Assembly (NCBI GenBank): GCA_010015805.1
Contig: ML978130.1
Coordinates: 868,001 to 932,000 of the forward strand
Direction of reading: 5' to 3'
DNA length: 64,000 nt
Origin: Rhizodiscina lignyota
Taxonomy: Eukaryota
A program made the position numbers and the translations under genes. Positions within the stretch are counted from its first letter, which is position 1. Each line of letters opens with the position of its first letter. The notes beneath the pieces are model-generated. The model did no database searches. It was not told the DNA's origin and worked only from the letters and a program-made list of their open reading frames with translations. Below, one piece after another: positions 12,953 through 25,103 of this stretch.

Positions 12953-14386
12953 ATGAGCGGCAATCAGACTAGCAGCGCGAACGGGGAGCATACAAACGGA
13001 GCAACCACAATACCCGTCACGAAGATTCTAACTGAGTGGGTTGCAAGTGCAAAGCCATCCCTCTTGACGCCAGAGCTCCGCTCGAGACTTAGAGATGTGA
13101 TCGCAGACTTCATCGCCGTGTCAGCAGGAGCGGCTTCAACGGTAGATTCAAGCGGGCCGATATACAAGGCAATTGTAGCCTTCAGCGCTGGAGCGAAAGG
13201 ACCATGCACAGTAATGACCAAGGGCAACGACAGGCTTCCGCCACAATATGCGGCTCTCCTCAACGCCTGTTTTGGGCACTCGATGGACTTTGACGACACA
13301 TACGCTCCAGGAAGTCTTCATGCAGGAGTCACCGTCATTGCCACCGCCCTTGCCCAGGCAGAGGTTCTCGGTGATAGCTGTTCAATTGAAGATTTCCAAG
13401 TAGGAATCGCTGTCGGTTATGAGATTGTCTGTAGACTTGGGAGAGAATTGGGCAGAGAGGCATACGCTCGGGGATTCCACAATACGTCTACATGCGGCAT
13501 TTTTGGCGCCGTATCGACGATAGCAGTCATGAAGCACCTTGACGCAAAGACAATTGATATGGCATTTGGTATTGCTGGGTCCAAGGCCGCCGGGAGCATG
13601 CAGTATCTGGACAACGGCTCCTGGAACAAGAGATTGCATCCTGCCTTCGCCGCTCATGACGCGTTCATGTCTGTCGCATTAGCGGAAGCTGGAGTTATTG
13701 GTTCGACACGGTCCATCGAGGGTACCATGGGTTTCTTGAACGGATATTCGCCGAGGCCAAACAAAGATCTCGTTCGGTTGACTTCAGGACTGGGAACGGA
13801 ATGGGAGTTCCTCAAGTCTGCTCTGAAACCATTCCCTGCATGCCGTATGACGCACGTCCATATCGAAATGGCGGACAACCTGGCACAGAAGCGGAAAGGC
13901 GAAAACGTGAAGAAGGTTACCATTTACCTGTCTGCGCCAAACATGTCCTTGGTTGGGGAGCCTACTCCGAACAAGATACATCCAGAGAATGTCATTGACG
14001 GCCAGTTTTCAGCGTACTACCAGTACGCAAATTCGTACATTTATGGCTCCCAATGCGGTATGGCCACGTACGAGGCATCGAGACTCAAAGACAAGGATAT
14101 CCATAATCTTTGTGCAAAGACGACGTGCGTGGTTGACCCAAAGATACCCGACTTTGGAAGCCGCGTTCTCGTGGAATACGACAACGGCGACATGGCTGAG
14201 GACTACATGGAGTTTCCTCTTGGAGAGCCCGAACACCCGTACACTGTGGAACAGGCGCACAAGAAGTTTGATTCTTTGCTAAAGCCCGTGTACGGCGATA
14301 AGCAGGCGGCAGCAATCTGGGATGCTGTCGAGAAACTGGATGGGAGCTCTGGAGGCGTGAAGCAGCTCATGTCATTGCTTGCATGA
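12953..14386 (+). CDS. MmgE/PrpD family protein (2-methylcitrate dehydratase/cis-aconitate decarboxylase/IDS-epimerase fold), intronless
   Basis: AALLNACFGHSMDFDDT, SLHAG, RGFHNT, WNKRLH, LKPFPACRMTH, GQFS and PLGEPEHP. Confidence 0.92.
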   Translation: MSGNQTSSANGEHTNGATTIPVTKILTEWVASAKPSLLTPELRSRLRDVIADFIAVSAGAASTVDSSGPIYKAIVAFSAGAKGPCTVMTKGNDRLPPQYAALLNACFGHSMDFDDTYAPGSLHAGVTVIATALAQAEVLGDSCSIEDFQVGIAVGYEIVCRLGRELGREAYARGFHNTSTCGIFGAVSTIAVMKHLDAKTIDMAFGIAGSKAAGSMQYLDNGSWNKRLHPAFAAHDAFMSVALAEAGVIGSTRSIEGTMGFLNGYSPRPNKDLVRLTSGLGTEWEFLKSALKPFPACRMTHVHIEMADNLAQKRKGENVKKVTIYLSAPNMSLVGEPTPNKIHPENVIDGQFSAYYQYANSYIYGSQCGMATYEASRLKDKDIHNLCAKTTCVVDPKIPDFGSRVLVEYDNGDMAEDYMEFPLGEPEHPYTVEQAHKKFDSLLKPVYGDKQAAAIWDAVEKLDGSSGGVKQLMSLLA

Positions 14387-14863
14387 TTAACACAGGATCA
14401 TGTTGCTTCAAGCTGCTGCAATTTTCTTCTGCTGTATAAATTCTGCATAGGTTGCAAAGCAGTACTCGCTGATCGTCTTGCAAATAGCATCGTTTTTTGG
14501 AGCGCAAGCTGTTCAAATCTAAAGGTTGTTGAAACGATACGGAAGCTAATGCTTTGCCTTCGCCGGTCGATTTGCCTCAGGTACTGGTTGTTTGCTGTGG
14601 CCGGTGAGCTCCCAAATGGTCTCGGTGCCGAACGCTGTGTTTGCTCACTCAAGCCCGATTAATTAATTGCTCACAAACAAATGTATCTTGCTGTCAATAC
14701 AGATGACGAACAAATCAAGAAAACATAGTTTCAGGCGGTGTGTTGAGTAGAAAGCCCGTTGACAAAGTGTGTAGAATTCTGGGATAAAAGTAATCGAATC
14801 CCAAATATGCGAATATGAGATTTTTCTTCCAGTCAGGAAATAAGATCCTTTGAGACCATCAAG

Positions 14864-15433
14864 ATGTCTGACGGTCTATCCATCGCCATCTTTGTCATTG
14901 TTCTCACGCAAATATATCTCTCCGGCTACTTCCTCTTCCTTGCTCAATCAGAGCTGAAGCGTCATGAAAAAGATCGGCGTGACAGGGAGCATTGGCCAAG
15001 AGTAAACATGCAACCAGATGTTCAGCTATCCGAGGACTATGGAGCAAGATATTATAATCGAGTCGCACAAGCCTGTGAGCAACCTGTAGCTCGTGCCGCC
15101 AGGAATGAGGCGATAGATGGCAATCCGCTCTGTGTTAAACTCGAACGAATTCGTATACATCTTGCGCAGGAGCAGGAACGAGCTCATCTGCACTTACGAA
15201 CGGTCCTCCGAGATGTCGACGAGGTTCTCAACTGGTACCGAGCGCTTTGTCGCATCGATGACACCCGTCTTCCAGGAACTTCGTTTCCCAACGATTCAAT
15301 TCGACAAAGCTGTTGCCAGAGTACTTATCTATACTCAAATTCGAGTGACCAGGAGACGCAAAAAGAGGAGGAGCGAGACCCACAGCGCAGCCAAGGGAAG
15401 GAGTTTGATATCGATGAGCAAGCAGGACAGTGA
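14864..15433 (+). CDS. Hypothetical protein with N-terminal hydrophobic helix
   Basis: 189-aa ORF with AAGATG start context; no recognised domain. Confidence 0.5.
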   Translation: MSDGLSIAIFVIVLTQIYLSGYFLFLAQSELKRHEKDRRDREHWPRVNMQPDVQLSEDYGARYYNRVAQACEQPVARAARNEAIDGNPLCVKLERIRIHLAQEQERAHLHLRTVLRDVDEVLNWYRALCRIDDTRLPGTSFPNDSIRQSCCQSTYLYSNSSDQETQKEEERDPQRSQGKEFDIDEQAGQ

Positions 15434-16444
15434 CACGATCCGATCCAAGGAAGTCAGCATGAGTCGAGAGATGCAGAAAGGTTGACACATCCCCGTCCAA
15501 GAACTGAACCAACAATCTACGCCGGCTCAGAATGATTATTGCCGAAGGGGAAGTGCTTAGATGGGTCGGAACACAAAGTGGATTCCCAAAAGAGCTAATG
15601 GTGTCGATGAAAGAGTAGATCCGAAACAATGTGTGTGACATGTTGCTGGAAACCTTAGTTTTAGAACTCTCAAATCGCTACGTGTTGAAAGAAACATCAC
15701 GGCATGTTCTCATTATGTACTCTGAATGTCAGTAATGAATTGCGGTTAGCTTGTCACAGCTCAACGAAGCATGTAAGTCCATATCCGCGTGAAGAGCCGT
15801 TCGAGGTTTGCGACATCGCGACGGGAATTTGAAGGACATATCGTACTCGATCATTTCTCAACGCTGTCATCGTGACTGGTAGGTAGAAATGACCCAACTG
15901 GAGCCGTGAATGGAGTTGTCGAGCTGAGTTCTGCAGCACCGATGTAAGTAGACCTGAATTGTGAGGAGCAAAACAGGGTTCAGGATGGAAAGCGGGATCT
16001 CTCCTGACCAAGGTATCTTCGCTTAATTGAAGAGATCGATGCCCATTGCGATGTATAGATGAATCGATGTGTATCTCGTGACGATACCGTACCGTAACAG
16101 AACAAAGACGATCAATAGAAGGCCGGAAATGAGAGTCTTTCACGCCGAGTGGAGACGTTGAGAATCTAGCCCCTTTCATCGTAGCGCGTGGATCACGGGA
16201 TCGCGTGCGCTAGCGCGTGATTTCCTTATCCCGGCGCAAAACACAGCCTGAGGCACCTTCCGCATCCCCTCGAATGCAACGGCAACAAAGTGTACATAGA
16301 ACGCCAACACCTGTGATTATTATTCTCTTCTCTTTCTCCAGCATGTTTCGACTATCTAGGCCCAGATAATCACGATCTTCATCCATCAATTGCTTACGCA
16401 ACGCACCGTTCTTCATCGATCCAACATAGTGACGATATCCTCTA

Positions 16445-19400
16445 ATGCCACTCAAATTTAGCGACGTCTGCGATCTGCTCAGAGATCTCGAAAAACAAAC
16501 GTTGCGAATATCACCACCTTCGCGGAATGATCTTAGGAAGACCAAGCGTTCCCTTGTGGAAAGCTGGTTCAAAAGACACCGGACCACAATCGATGCGCCG
16601 AGTGCGAATGGAGTCGCCCTTCTATCCACATTATTCCCGGAGAAGCGAGTCGATCGGACATATGCACTCCAAGAAGCAAGGCTGTCTAGGGTGATGGGGC
16701 GGTGTCTTTACCTTACCGCCCAGAATCTTAAACAGCTTCAGGAGTACCGAGAGCCGGGACAAGGCGGTCTTGCAGAATGTCTTGAAAGACTACTCCGACC
16801 GTATGATGCTGAGAAAACTCATTGCCATGTTACTGTTAACGAAGTGGACTCGGCGCTTGAGAGTATCGCAGCACGGTGTCGATTCTCGGCCCCAGAGATC
16901 CTGCTAAAATCGACTCCAGATTCCATGGGTGAGTGTCTCCCTGTATGCAGTGCTCAGATGTTCTCTACATCCAATTGGTTTGGAGTCAGAAATGACGAGA
17001 CCGATCGATCCAGAGAACCCGCTGTAGGAGCAAACCGTCCTGCTGCGGTGTTCTAATTTCAACTGGAGATGCCATTTCTTGAAGAAAGACAAGCATTTGC
17101 TAATGTTGATATCACTATAGAGGAGATTCTTGGCCCAGTCGTCCGCTCCATGCGATCATATGAAGCAAAGTGGTTTGTGAGGCTAGTGCTCAAAGACTTC
17201 TCTCCCGTTGTCCTGGAATATTGGCACACGCTTGCTACGTACCACTTCTTACTCCCGGAACTCCTTCGTTTCCAAAATAGCTTTGCTGCAGCAGTAGCGC
17301 TGCTGAAAGAGCCTCTGAAACAATACCACGCAAATCCAAATCCGGCCTCCCAACGGCTCCACAGGAATGAGGCAGCACAGCTAATTCGTCCGAGGATCGG
17401 CATCAAATTAGGACAGCCATTTACCCATAAAGCCCGATCTATGGATCATTGCCTCCAAATGGCCAATAGAAAGCGTTGGAGTGCGGAACTCAAGTATGAC
17501 GGCGAATACTGTGAGATCCACATCGCCCTTCAGCAGGACATCTCCAAGCGCATCAAGATATTCTCAAAGAGCGGCAAGGACTCGACGGAAGATCGAGCTG
17601 CTCTGCACCAGACTATCACGGAATGTTTGCGTCTGGGGGACTCGGATTGCAAATTCAATCGGGAATGCATTCTCGTTGGCGAGCTAGTGAGTTCCCTCCT
17701 AACATGTTTCATATGCGCCACAGATCGTAGCGCGATAAATCTTGCCAAGTCCTGCATTGCTACACTATGCCCCATTGGCCGCAAAGCCACGCTTCTACGA
17801 GAAGGGTAGCATCGGTGTGGCTGTCGACGAATTGCTTGAACTCGGCTAACGCGTTTATTGCTATGGCTTTAGGTCGTTTGGTCTGACGAGTCTAATGCCA
17901 TCCTGCCGTTCCACAAAATCCGGAAGCACGTTTCCCGAGCTGGATCATTCCTTGGCACAGACGAAGACTCGCAGCCGCATCCATATGAGCATCTGATGAT
18001 TATATTCTTCGACGTCCTCATGGTCGACGACGAGGCCACTTTGACGAAACCCCACAAGGAACGACGGCAGACCCTGCGCCACATCGTAAAGAAGATCCCA
18101 GGACGAGCAATAACATCAGCATGGCGAATCATCGACTTCTCCAGTGACAGTGCTCGGGAGACACTAGCACACCATTTTACTGCGTCAATTGCGTGCAGAA
18201 ACGAAGGCTTAGTTCTCAAACCCGCTGATGCACCCTACTTCTCGCTAACGGATGACCGGCACTGTGGATTCATCAAGTTGAAGAAAGATTACATGCAAGG
18301 CTTTGGCGAAGAACGTGACGTTGTTGACCTTGTAGTTGTCGGAGCGAGCTACAACCCTCGTCACGCTCGTCGCTCCATGACAAGAGGGCTTCAGTGGACA
18401 ACGTTCCACCTAGGGTGTCTGGCCAATCCTGATGACGTACGTTTTGAAAGACTGCCCGTTTTCAAGGTCGTTTGCTCTATTGGCGAAGAGCACTGCATAC
18501 CACCACCGGAACTACTGGCTTTGAATAACATTGTGAAATTTGGATCCTTCCCAATCGAAAAGTCGACGGACGGTTCCTCGCTGGAAAACCCTAGGACTTT
18601 TGACCTAAAACTCGATCAATCTCCGGATTGCTCTCTGACTCACGTCTTAACAGAGCCGGTTGTTGTCGAGATGCTTGGAAGTGGATATGAGAAACCTCCA
18701 AACAAGAACTTTATGATGCTCCGACACCCGCGTATTTTGAAGGTTCATCATGATCATTCTTGGAAAGATGCGGCGACAGTAGATGGTCTGGCCGAGATGG
18801 CCGAAGCAGCTTGCTCTGCTCCGCCAGAAGGAGAAAGCCAAGAAATGACACGATTGTTACAGAAGCTGGAGCGTAAGATGACTCGTAAGGCAGAACGAGG
18901 CGAGTTGCGCAGCTCAATGACACCCCGAACCGCAACAACAAGATCAACAGTGTCGCCTCGCAGTCCATTAGCTACAATGCGCTATCAAAATAACGACGCC
19001 ATAGCACCAGGCAGCTCTCCGCTGAGGTCTAATCCCATAACTAGGGTTGGGACTCGTGGAAAGCGCGCTACTCCCCCGGTATTTGTTCGTGTTGACACGT
19101 GCGAGCAATTATCAAACGCCTCCGCCTCACGCGTTATCCACGACAAACTTCCCATGACAAAAGCCGTACCTCTAGCGCAAGTTTTTCTAAACCCGCCCAC
19201 ATCTTCCGCTTACGAGCCGGAAAACCAGAACCATACGCCAAAGGAGCTACAGCAAATCGCACCAACTATAAACGCAAGCAAAAAGAGACGCGTCGCAATC
19301 AAAGAGCAACAAATTGCCTATCGTCCTTCCAAGCGCATAAAGGTCCAGCACAACTCTGAAGCTACTACTGGCCGAGCAGAAGCTCTATGTCCACTGTCAC

Positions 19401-20211
19401 CCTCAAAAGCAAGCCGACTTCCGTGCAGCCAGCTCCCTTCTTCAGGCATCACAAATTCACCTGATAGACGCTCCACGTTGCCTGTCTCAATAGAGCCAGA
19501 AATGGCAGAAGAGCCGAATGAATTCCCAGACGTGCCTCGTAAGTTTGCACCGCCCACGTTAGAAACAGATGCTACGCCTTATTTGAAACAGAACGCGTGG
19601 CCAAACGCCTGAAAACGTTGAAGACACAGATCGAACGTCCAAAGTTGCTGATGAAACGGATCCTCTCAGGAGCCCCAGCGTCCTTGAGCACGAATGAAAG
19701 CCAGCAAGAGACCGATACCGCTGCACCAGCATGCCACCGCCTCCCAAAAAACTGCATGTTCCTCGGCTGCATGTTCTATCTCAGCCCCTGCGTCGCCGGT
19801 ATGAAGTACTTGACCGAGAACCTCATTCCGGAACACGGCGGCTTCATCATCAACAATCTTGCCCACTGGACACGACAGAGCTCACCAGTTGATCCCGACG
19901 CCGACTATGTCCCCGAAAGCCCAGCCTACCCAGACGTTACGAAGATTGTGCTGGTGGAGAGGAAGAGGCAAGAACAGTCCATGGAGATGGTGCAGAACGT
20001 GGTGCAACTAGGCATCAGAGAGAAGGTGGAGTTCGTGGACTGGAGGGTCCTTGAGGCTGCGAAAGCTGCGGAGGAGAGCGCTGCAGCTCGTGGCGTGCTG
20101 ATGCCGGATGTGGAGCGGAACATTCGGAGGGAGAGCTTCTTCGGCGTGACTTGGTGGGACTCCGACGGCCGAAAAGTCAGATGGTCGGATGTTAACCGCT
20201 ACGCCGGTTAA
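16445..20211 (+). CDS. ATP-dependent DNA ligase, fungal Lig4-like paralogue
   Basis: Motif I ELKYDGEY, FSKSGKDST, FFDVL, EGLVLKP, IKLKKDY and LRHPRILKVH; introns 16929-17120, 17687-17872 and 19539-19591 join the four ORFs in frame. Confidence 0.9.
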
Positions 20212-21044
20212 TGGCGGTTAACAGCTCATAATCACGGACATATAATGGGAGTTTATGCATCGGTATCTCTAAAGGGTTACAAGCAAGTAAATATACAAGG
20301 TTTTCAACATCCCCCTTAGTATCAGGACGAGATCCCACAACAACTTAACATGGTACTGGCTCAACATACAGATCTCCATCAATTCTGCTGTTGTCGATCT
20401 ATCTAAATCTACAAAGGCTCTGCTAATTGAGCATAGGAGATTCCGAATTAAATCAAGACGTAGCTGGCTCAACCGGAGGCTCATTGAATGTTACTAACTC
20501 CGTAGCTCTACGGATATGTACCAAGTTACTCTACTCACTCTACAGAAATGTGGGAATATAGAAGCAAAAGTCTGATCCCGTCCTTCTGGGTCTTTAAAGG
20601 AGGTCCTGGGTTTAATGTAACTAATGTGCGCGTAGGAATCCAATTATGGCTCGATAGAACTACTTTTCGCAGGAACATGTACTTCTATCCGCATGGTGAC
20701 AGCACTGTTGAACAACGTTGAGCAGTTGTGACGCTTTGTTCAGCCGCTGCGCGGGATTCCAGTTCGAATACAGCCTGTATCTGGCCAATCGGTGGAAGCT
20801 TGATCGAGTACGATTCGCCTCAACGTCTTGATCGTCGTACAGTGTCACAGCACTCTTTAAGCGCCCTGTGTCTTCCAAATGATGAGAGAATCTGGTTGCT
20901 CCGTCATGTGTCTGTTACGGAGCGTAAGTATTTAAAGGGTTTGTAATGTCTCCCTAACTTAATGTTTTTCATTCTCTAAAATATACTCACAACCTCCCAG
21001 ATCTGCAAAGTGTCCCAAAGCTTTAACTAAAATTTACCTTAAGC

Positions 21045-21656
21045 ATGGTCTTGCCTCTTCCATTTTTTGGCCGCAAAGCCAGTCTTACCAACAACGAATA
21101 CATTCTCCATGACGGTACTCCGTTTCAACCCTCCCATATGGAGTTCAGTGCTGTCGATCCGGTTTCGCCGCCGCCCTCAAGCAAGACCAAAGATCTCCCC
21201 CCTTCTACCATAGAGAAAAGCTACACTGCCAACGAAATCCTGATAGCCATCATCGAGCAGATCGCACAGCTCGAGAGTGGCACTGCTGATGAGGAGTTCA
21301 CGCCAGAACAGAATTTGCAAAGCAAGCTCAAAGACATGTACGAGCACCTCAAGAAGAACGTCAATGAACCGAAGCAAACTTGGCCAAATACGGCCCCGCC
21401 AGGTTTAGCCGATAACGCCTCCGAGGATGATGATCTGTTAGTTGGGAACGGCATTCACGGTACGGGAGACGCGAATATGCTCACTATTCAGCGTCACGCC
21501 GAGGCCAAGGGTCGTCGCAACGACTCCAAGGGCAACCTGAGCGCCTCCAAGACCGGTGCAGTGATTGCGATGCTCCTGCCACGAATGTTGCTACCAGATA
21601 CATCCAGGGACCCGGATGCAGCTGCTCGACTTGTTCGTATGCGTCAGGAAAGCTGA
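21045..21656 (+). CDS. Hypothetical protein
   Basis: 203-aa ORF after an AT-rich leader; no domain recognised and the 3' structure is uncertain. Confidence 0.5.
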   Translation: MVLPLPFFGRKASLTNNEYILHDGTPFQPSHMEFSAVDPVSPPPSSKTKDLPPSTIEKSYTANEILIAIIEQIAQLESGTADEEFTPEQNLQSKLKDMYEHLKKNVNEPKQTWPNTAPPGLADNASEDDDLLVGNGIHGTGDANMLTIQRHAEAKGRRNDSKGNLSASKTGAVIAMLLPRMLLPDTSRDPDAAARLVRMRQES

Positions 21657-22410
21657 GCAATGAAGCGGCATTGTCCCAATTTATGTATACTCAACTGCAT
21701 AGGAGAGTGGAGAAAATGATCAAGCAACAGCATGACGTAAATCTTGGGCGTCATTAGGAATCTCTTGTTCGCCAGATCACGACAGCCATTCAGGAGTCGT
21801 GCGGTGGAGACCGGAAAGAGTGCCTTTCTGTGAGTCGATCCATCCGCATCAAATAACTCTACCACTGACTCGACCAGGTTGAATAACCGCGAAAAGCTTC
21901 GGAGCAAGATGTTTGACACGATTCGGAAGTTGTCACTTCGAGAAAGCAGAAGTGAAGTTTGATATGAAGCAGGTCACTCCGGCTAGAACGAGCCATGGGC
22001 AAATGCAGGCCCTTGACGTGGTTATTTGAAAATTTCTATAAATGTAACACCAGCTTGCCAGTCACACGATATAAATGATGATTGCTACACTTTGATGCGG
22101 TGGACTATCTGTGCTCTTCTCCAATAATAAGATCAGCGTGGGAAGACAAACGCTAACCGCGTTGTACAACGACTATCAAACAGGCTTTCTGCAGCTCACA
22201 TAAAGAATGTCGTATTGCTTTAACCGCCCATGTAACAATGCATGCGCCCCTTTCCTTCACTAACTGCTAGCGCACATGATCTCGCCACGATGGCTGCGCT
22301 GAATGATTTTTGACTATTTAAGCTCGCACTTTCCACTCTTTGACTGCTCCCTTTCTACAACCACTTACTCATGATATATTGATCGCTCTCAATCTGTACA
22401 CACCTTCATC

Positions 22411-23888
22411 ATGGCTTCTTCCAGCAACAACGGGACTGATGACATCGAAAAGTTCCATGTGGAAATCACGGAAACAGAGAGCCCTGGTCCGCCAGCGCCG
22501 CCTCCGCCATCACTATCTAACACACCACCTCATCATGGTTCACAGCTTCAGCCTGCCCAAGGGCCATCGACCATCCCCTCTGTAGCTGGAGCCAGTGGAC
22601 AGGAACGCCCTGCTAGCGAGGAAGGTTTGAACCAAGGCACGGTGGCTAGTGACAAAGATTCCAGAGATACAAACTCGAGAGCTGGAGGCGCCCCTGCTAC
22701 AGCGCGAGGCGATGATGTCGATTTACGCAAGGACGCTGCAGCAGGTGAGAGCATCCCTTCTCCAGAAGAAGAAGACTTTGGTGGAGTGAACCCAGAGCCC
22801 TCTCAAATGGAAAAGAAATCATTCAAAATGGTTGTCGAGACCCTTAAGTCCTTCAGGAGGTCCAACAAGAGTCGAAAGAATGCCAAGGATGCTCGAAAAG
22901 TGCTTAACAAAGCGACCGGAGCCGAAGATGCGGAGCAGCTAAGCGATGCTGACGACAGTCAGTTGTTGAGTATACAGAGAATGGATCACTGCTGAGCCAG
23001 TTTCAGGAAGCTGAAGTGGAGATAGAGAAGCCCGGAAAGCCGAGCTCAAAGGCTCTGGCATATCTGCAAATGGATCTCGACTTCCACCGCTTAATGGAAG
23101 ACCAATTGTCCAGAATGGTCGAAGTGGTGTGCGAGACACGTCTAAAAGCTAACAATAACACTCAGCTTCACCAAGTCGTTGAAGCTTTGCAGATGTTGGT
23201 CATCCTTCTTCAGAGCCATGAAAGTCAAAGTTCTGCCATCATAGAAGTGCTTGCGAATCTTTCGGAAACCCAGCCAGTTGAACAAGCTGAAGAGTCTAGT
23301 GAAAGCAAGAAGGCAGAATCTAAGCGCCAGCAGCAGTACGACGACTTCGACAAGTTTCTTGCTGAGAGCTATCTTTTCAAGTGCTGCATCAATGATGGAT
23401 TCACTCCCGACCACGCTCGCGAAGTTGTTCTGAGAGATCTGAGCACTGGTGCCATTGTTTTCAATGTCTTCGAGGAAAAAGAGGCAAGCTCTTTCGATGA
23501 TGTCGAGTCCGAAGTCGAGAAACGCCTTCGAGAAAAGCCGAGAACGCCGCGAAACACGTCTGCGGGAAAGCATCGTCACGCCGATTGGTTGCACGAGCCG
23601 ATTACGCAGCCCGAGACAGAAGAGGAACCGGCATCAAACGGCCCTGCAAATATTGCGCGTCTGACGGAGATGATGCGGACATTAGAAGACCAGATAGAAG
23701 GTCTTCAGAACAAACGAGGCAAGAAAGGGACAGAAGAGCCAGAGGATCAGCAGAAATCGAAAGAGGCTCAAGGCTCGGAGAGCGATCCGCAAACACTTCA
23801 TGAACAGCTTGTGCCCACACAAGAGAAGCTGGCAGAACTAGTCACTAGTTTTAAAGATGGTACCATCGAGGTGGCAAAGGAAGACTAA
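22411..23888 (+). CDS. Hypothetical acidic/coiled-coil protein in two ORFs; junction near 22950-23010 unresolved
   Basis: ORFs 22411-22995 and 23016-23888 have similar composition but lie in different frames. Confidence 0.55.
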
Positions 23889-24335
23889 GTCCGGGCAGGG
23901 AGAGTGGCGTGGGTTGGCGAGAGAACATTTTCAAAGGCGACGGCGTTGGCCAGGATAATCACTGATATTTTTGTTTATGTTGGAGGGGCTTTAACTTTTG
24001 TGCGATGGTGAAGGTCAGATGTCCGAAGACTCTGACGTTCATCCATCAGCAAGAGTGAAGTAAAGTACAATAGCCAAAAGAATGTGGACCCCATTTGGGT
24101 TTGGGAGTGTGAAAATCAGAAGCCCCTTCCAAAGACCGTGAACCGTTGTTGACCTTCGTAGAACCAGCTGCCGTAATAGCAGACGCAAACCCAATTTCCA
24201 AGATTCAGCTATCATCAAAGTTGTCGTAGTTTTGCATGAAGCTAGCTCAAGATGCCTGAAAGTGACGTAAGATATTCCTTTAACTCTGTCAATAGATCAC
24301 TCGCCTTTTGCATCGCACAGCAAAGCACCCTTCGT

Positions 24336-25103
24336 TCAGTCGGAGTCTGAGTCACTGCTGCTCTCCTCCTTCGACTTCTGGAAGCAGAGGTTGCCAGCCG
24401 GAGCGATGAACCACTTGCCCGGACGATGAACGTTCTCGATCTCGTAGTAGCTGCGCAGATAACGCGAGCCATCCGTGTCGACAACCCAGAACTCATCACC
24501 AGGCTTGGCGCCATCAGGCTTAATATCCTTTGGCTCATTTGCTCCGCCCTTGTTTGCCTTCACAGCATCGTCGTACTGAACCTCGACCGCGGTGCGACCG
24601 TACCAGTTGTGAGGATTGAATGTCACCTTCTTGTCCTTCTTGTCCTTTTTCTTCTTCTCAGCAGCCACAGGAACCGGAGCATACGCCATCATCGGATAGG
24701 CATAGTAGCCCTGCGGAACTCCGTAGGTTTGACCCGGATTCATCGCCGCGATGCTGTACGGGTGCGGATACGCGTACTGCAAGGGTGGATAGGGAGCCGG
24801 AATCTGGTGACGCGCATAAGTACCCTCCAAGAGCGGAGCAGCGCCAACCTGCGGGTGGAAGGGGGCAGGAACAGGAAAGAAGTGAGGCTGCGGCTGGACG
24901 ACGCGAGGAGGATTGTCGTTGGTAATGATGGGCGGATGCGGATCGGCACCGCTACGCTTCACGTAGCGGAATTTGGATTGCTTCTCCTTGTCTTCCTTGA
25001 CTTTCTGGTCGACAAGATCCTTTGGATGGACCATCATGCCATCCTTGACGGGTTTGCCGGCCGCTAGCCAGTGGATGAGATCGATAGTCTCGAAAGGAGG
25101 CAT
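24336..25103 (-). CDS. Pro/Tyr-rich hypothetical protein with possible upstream extension to 25418
   Basis: MPPFETIDLIHWL...; folded-looking C-terminus WYGRTAVEVQYDD...FWVVDTDGSRYLR...PGKW. Confidence 0.75.
   Translation of the reverse strand: MPPFETIDLIHWLAAGKPVKDGMMVHPKDLVDQKVKEDKEKQSKFRYVKRSGADPHPPIITNDNPPRVVQPQPHFFPVPAPFHPQVGAAPLLEGTYARHQIPAPYPPLQYAYPHPYSIAAMNPGQTYGVPQGYYAYPMMAYAPVPVAAEKKKKDKKDKKVTFNPHNWYGRTAVEVQYDDAVKANKGGANEPKDIKPDGAKPGDEFWVVDTDGSRYLRSYYEIENVHRPGKWFIAPAGNLCFQKSKEESSSDSDSD

Noticed and set aside
19539..19612. Frameshift between ligase ORFs 17996-19612 and 19597-20211
   Set aside because: A 53-nt GTAAGT...ACAG intron (19539-19591) joins them in frame (DVPQRVAKRL).
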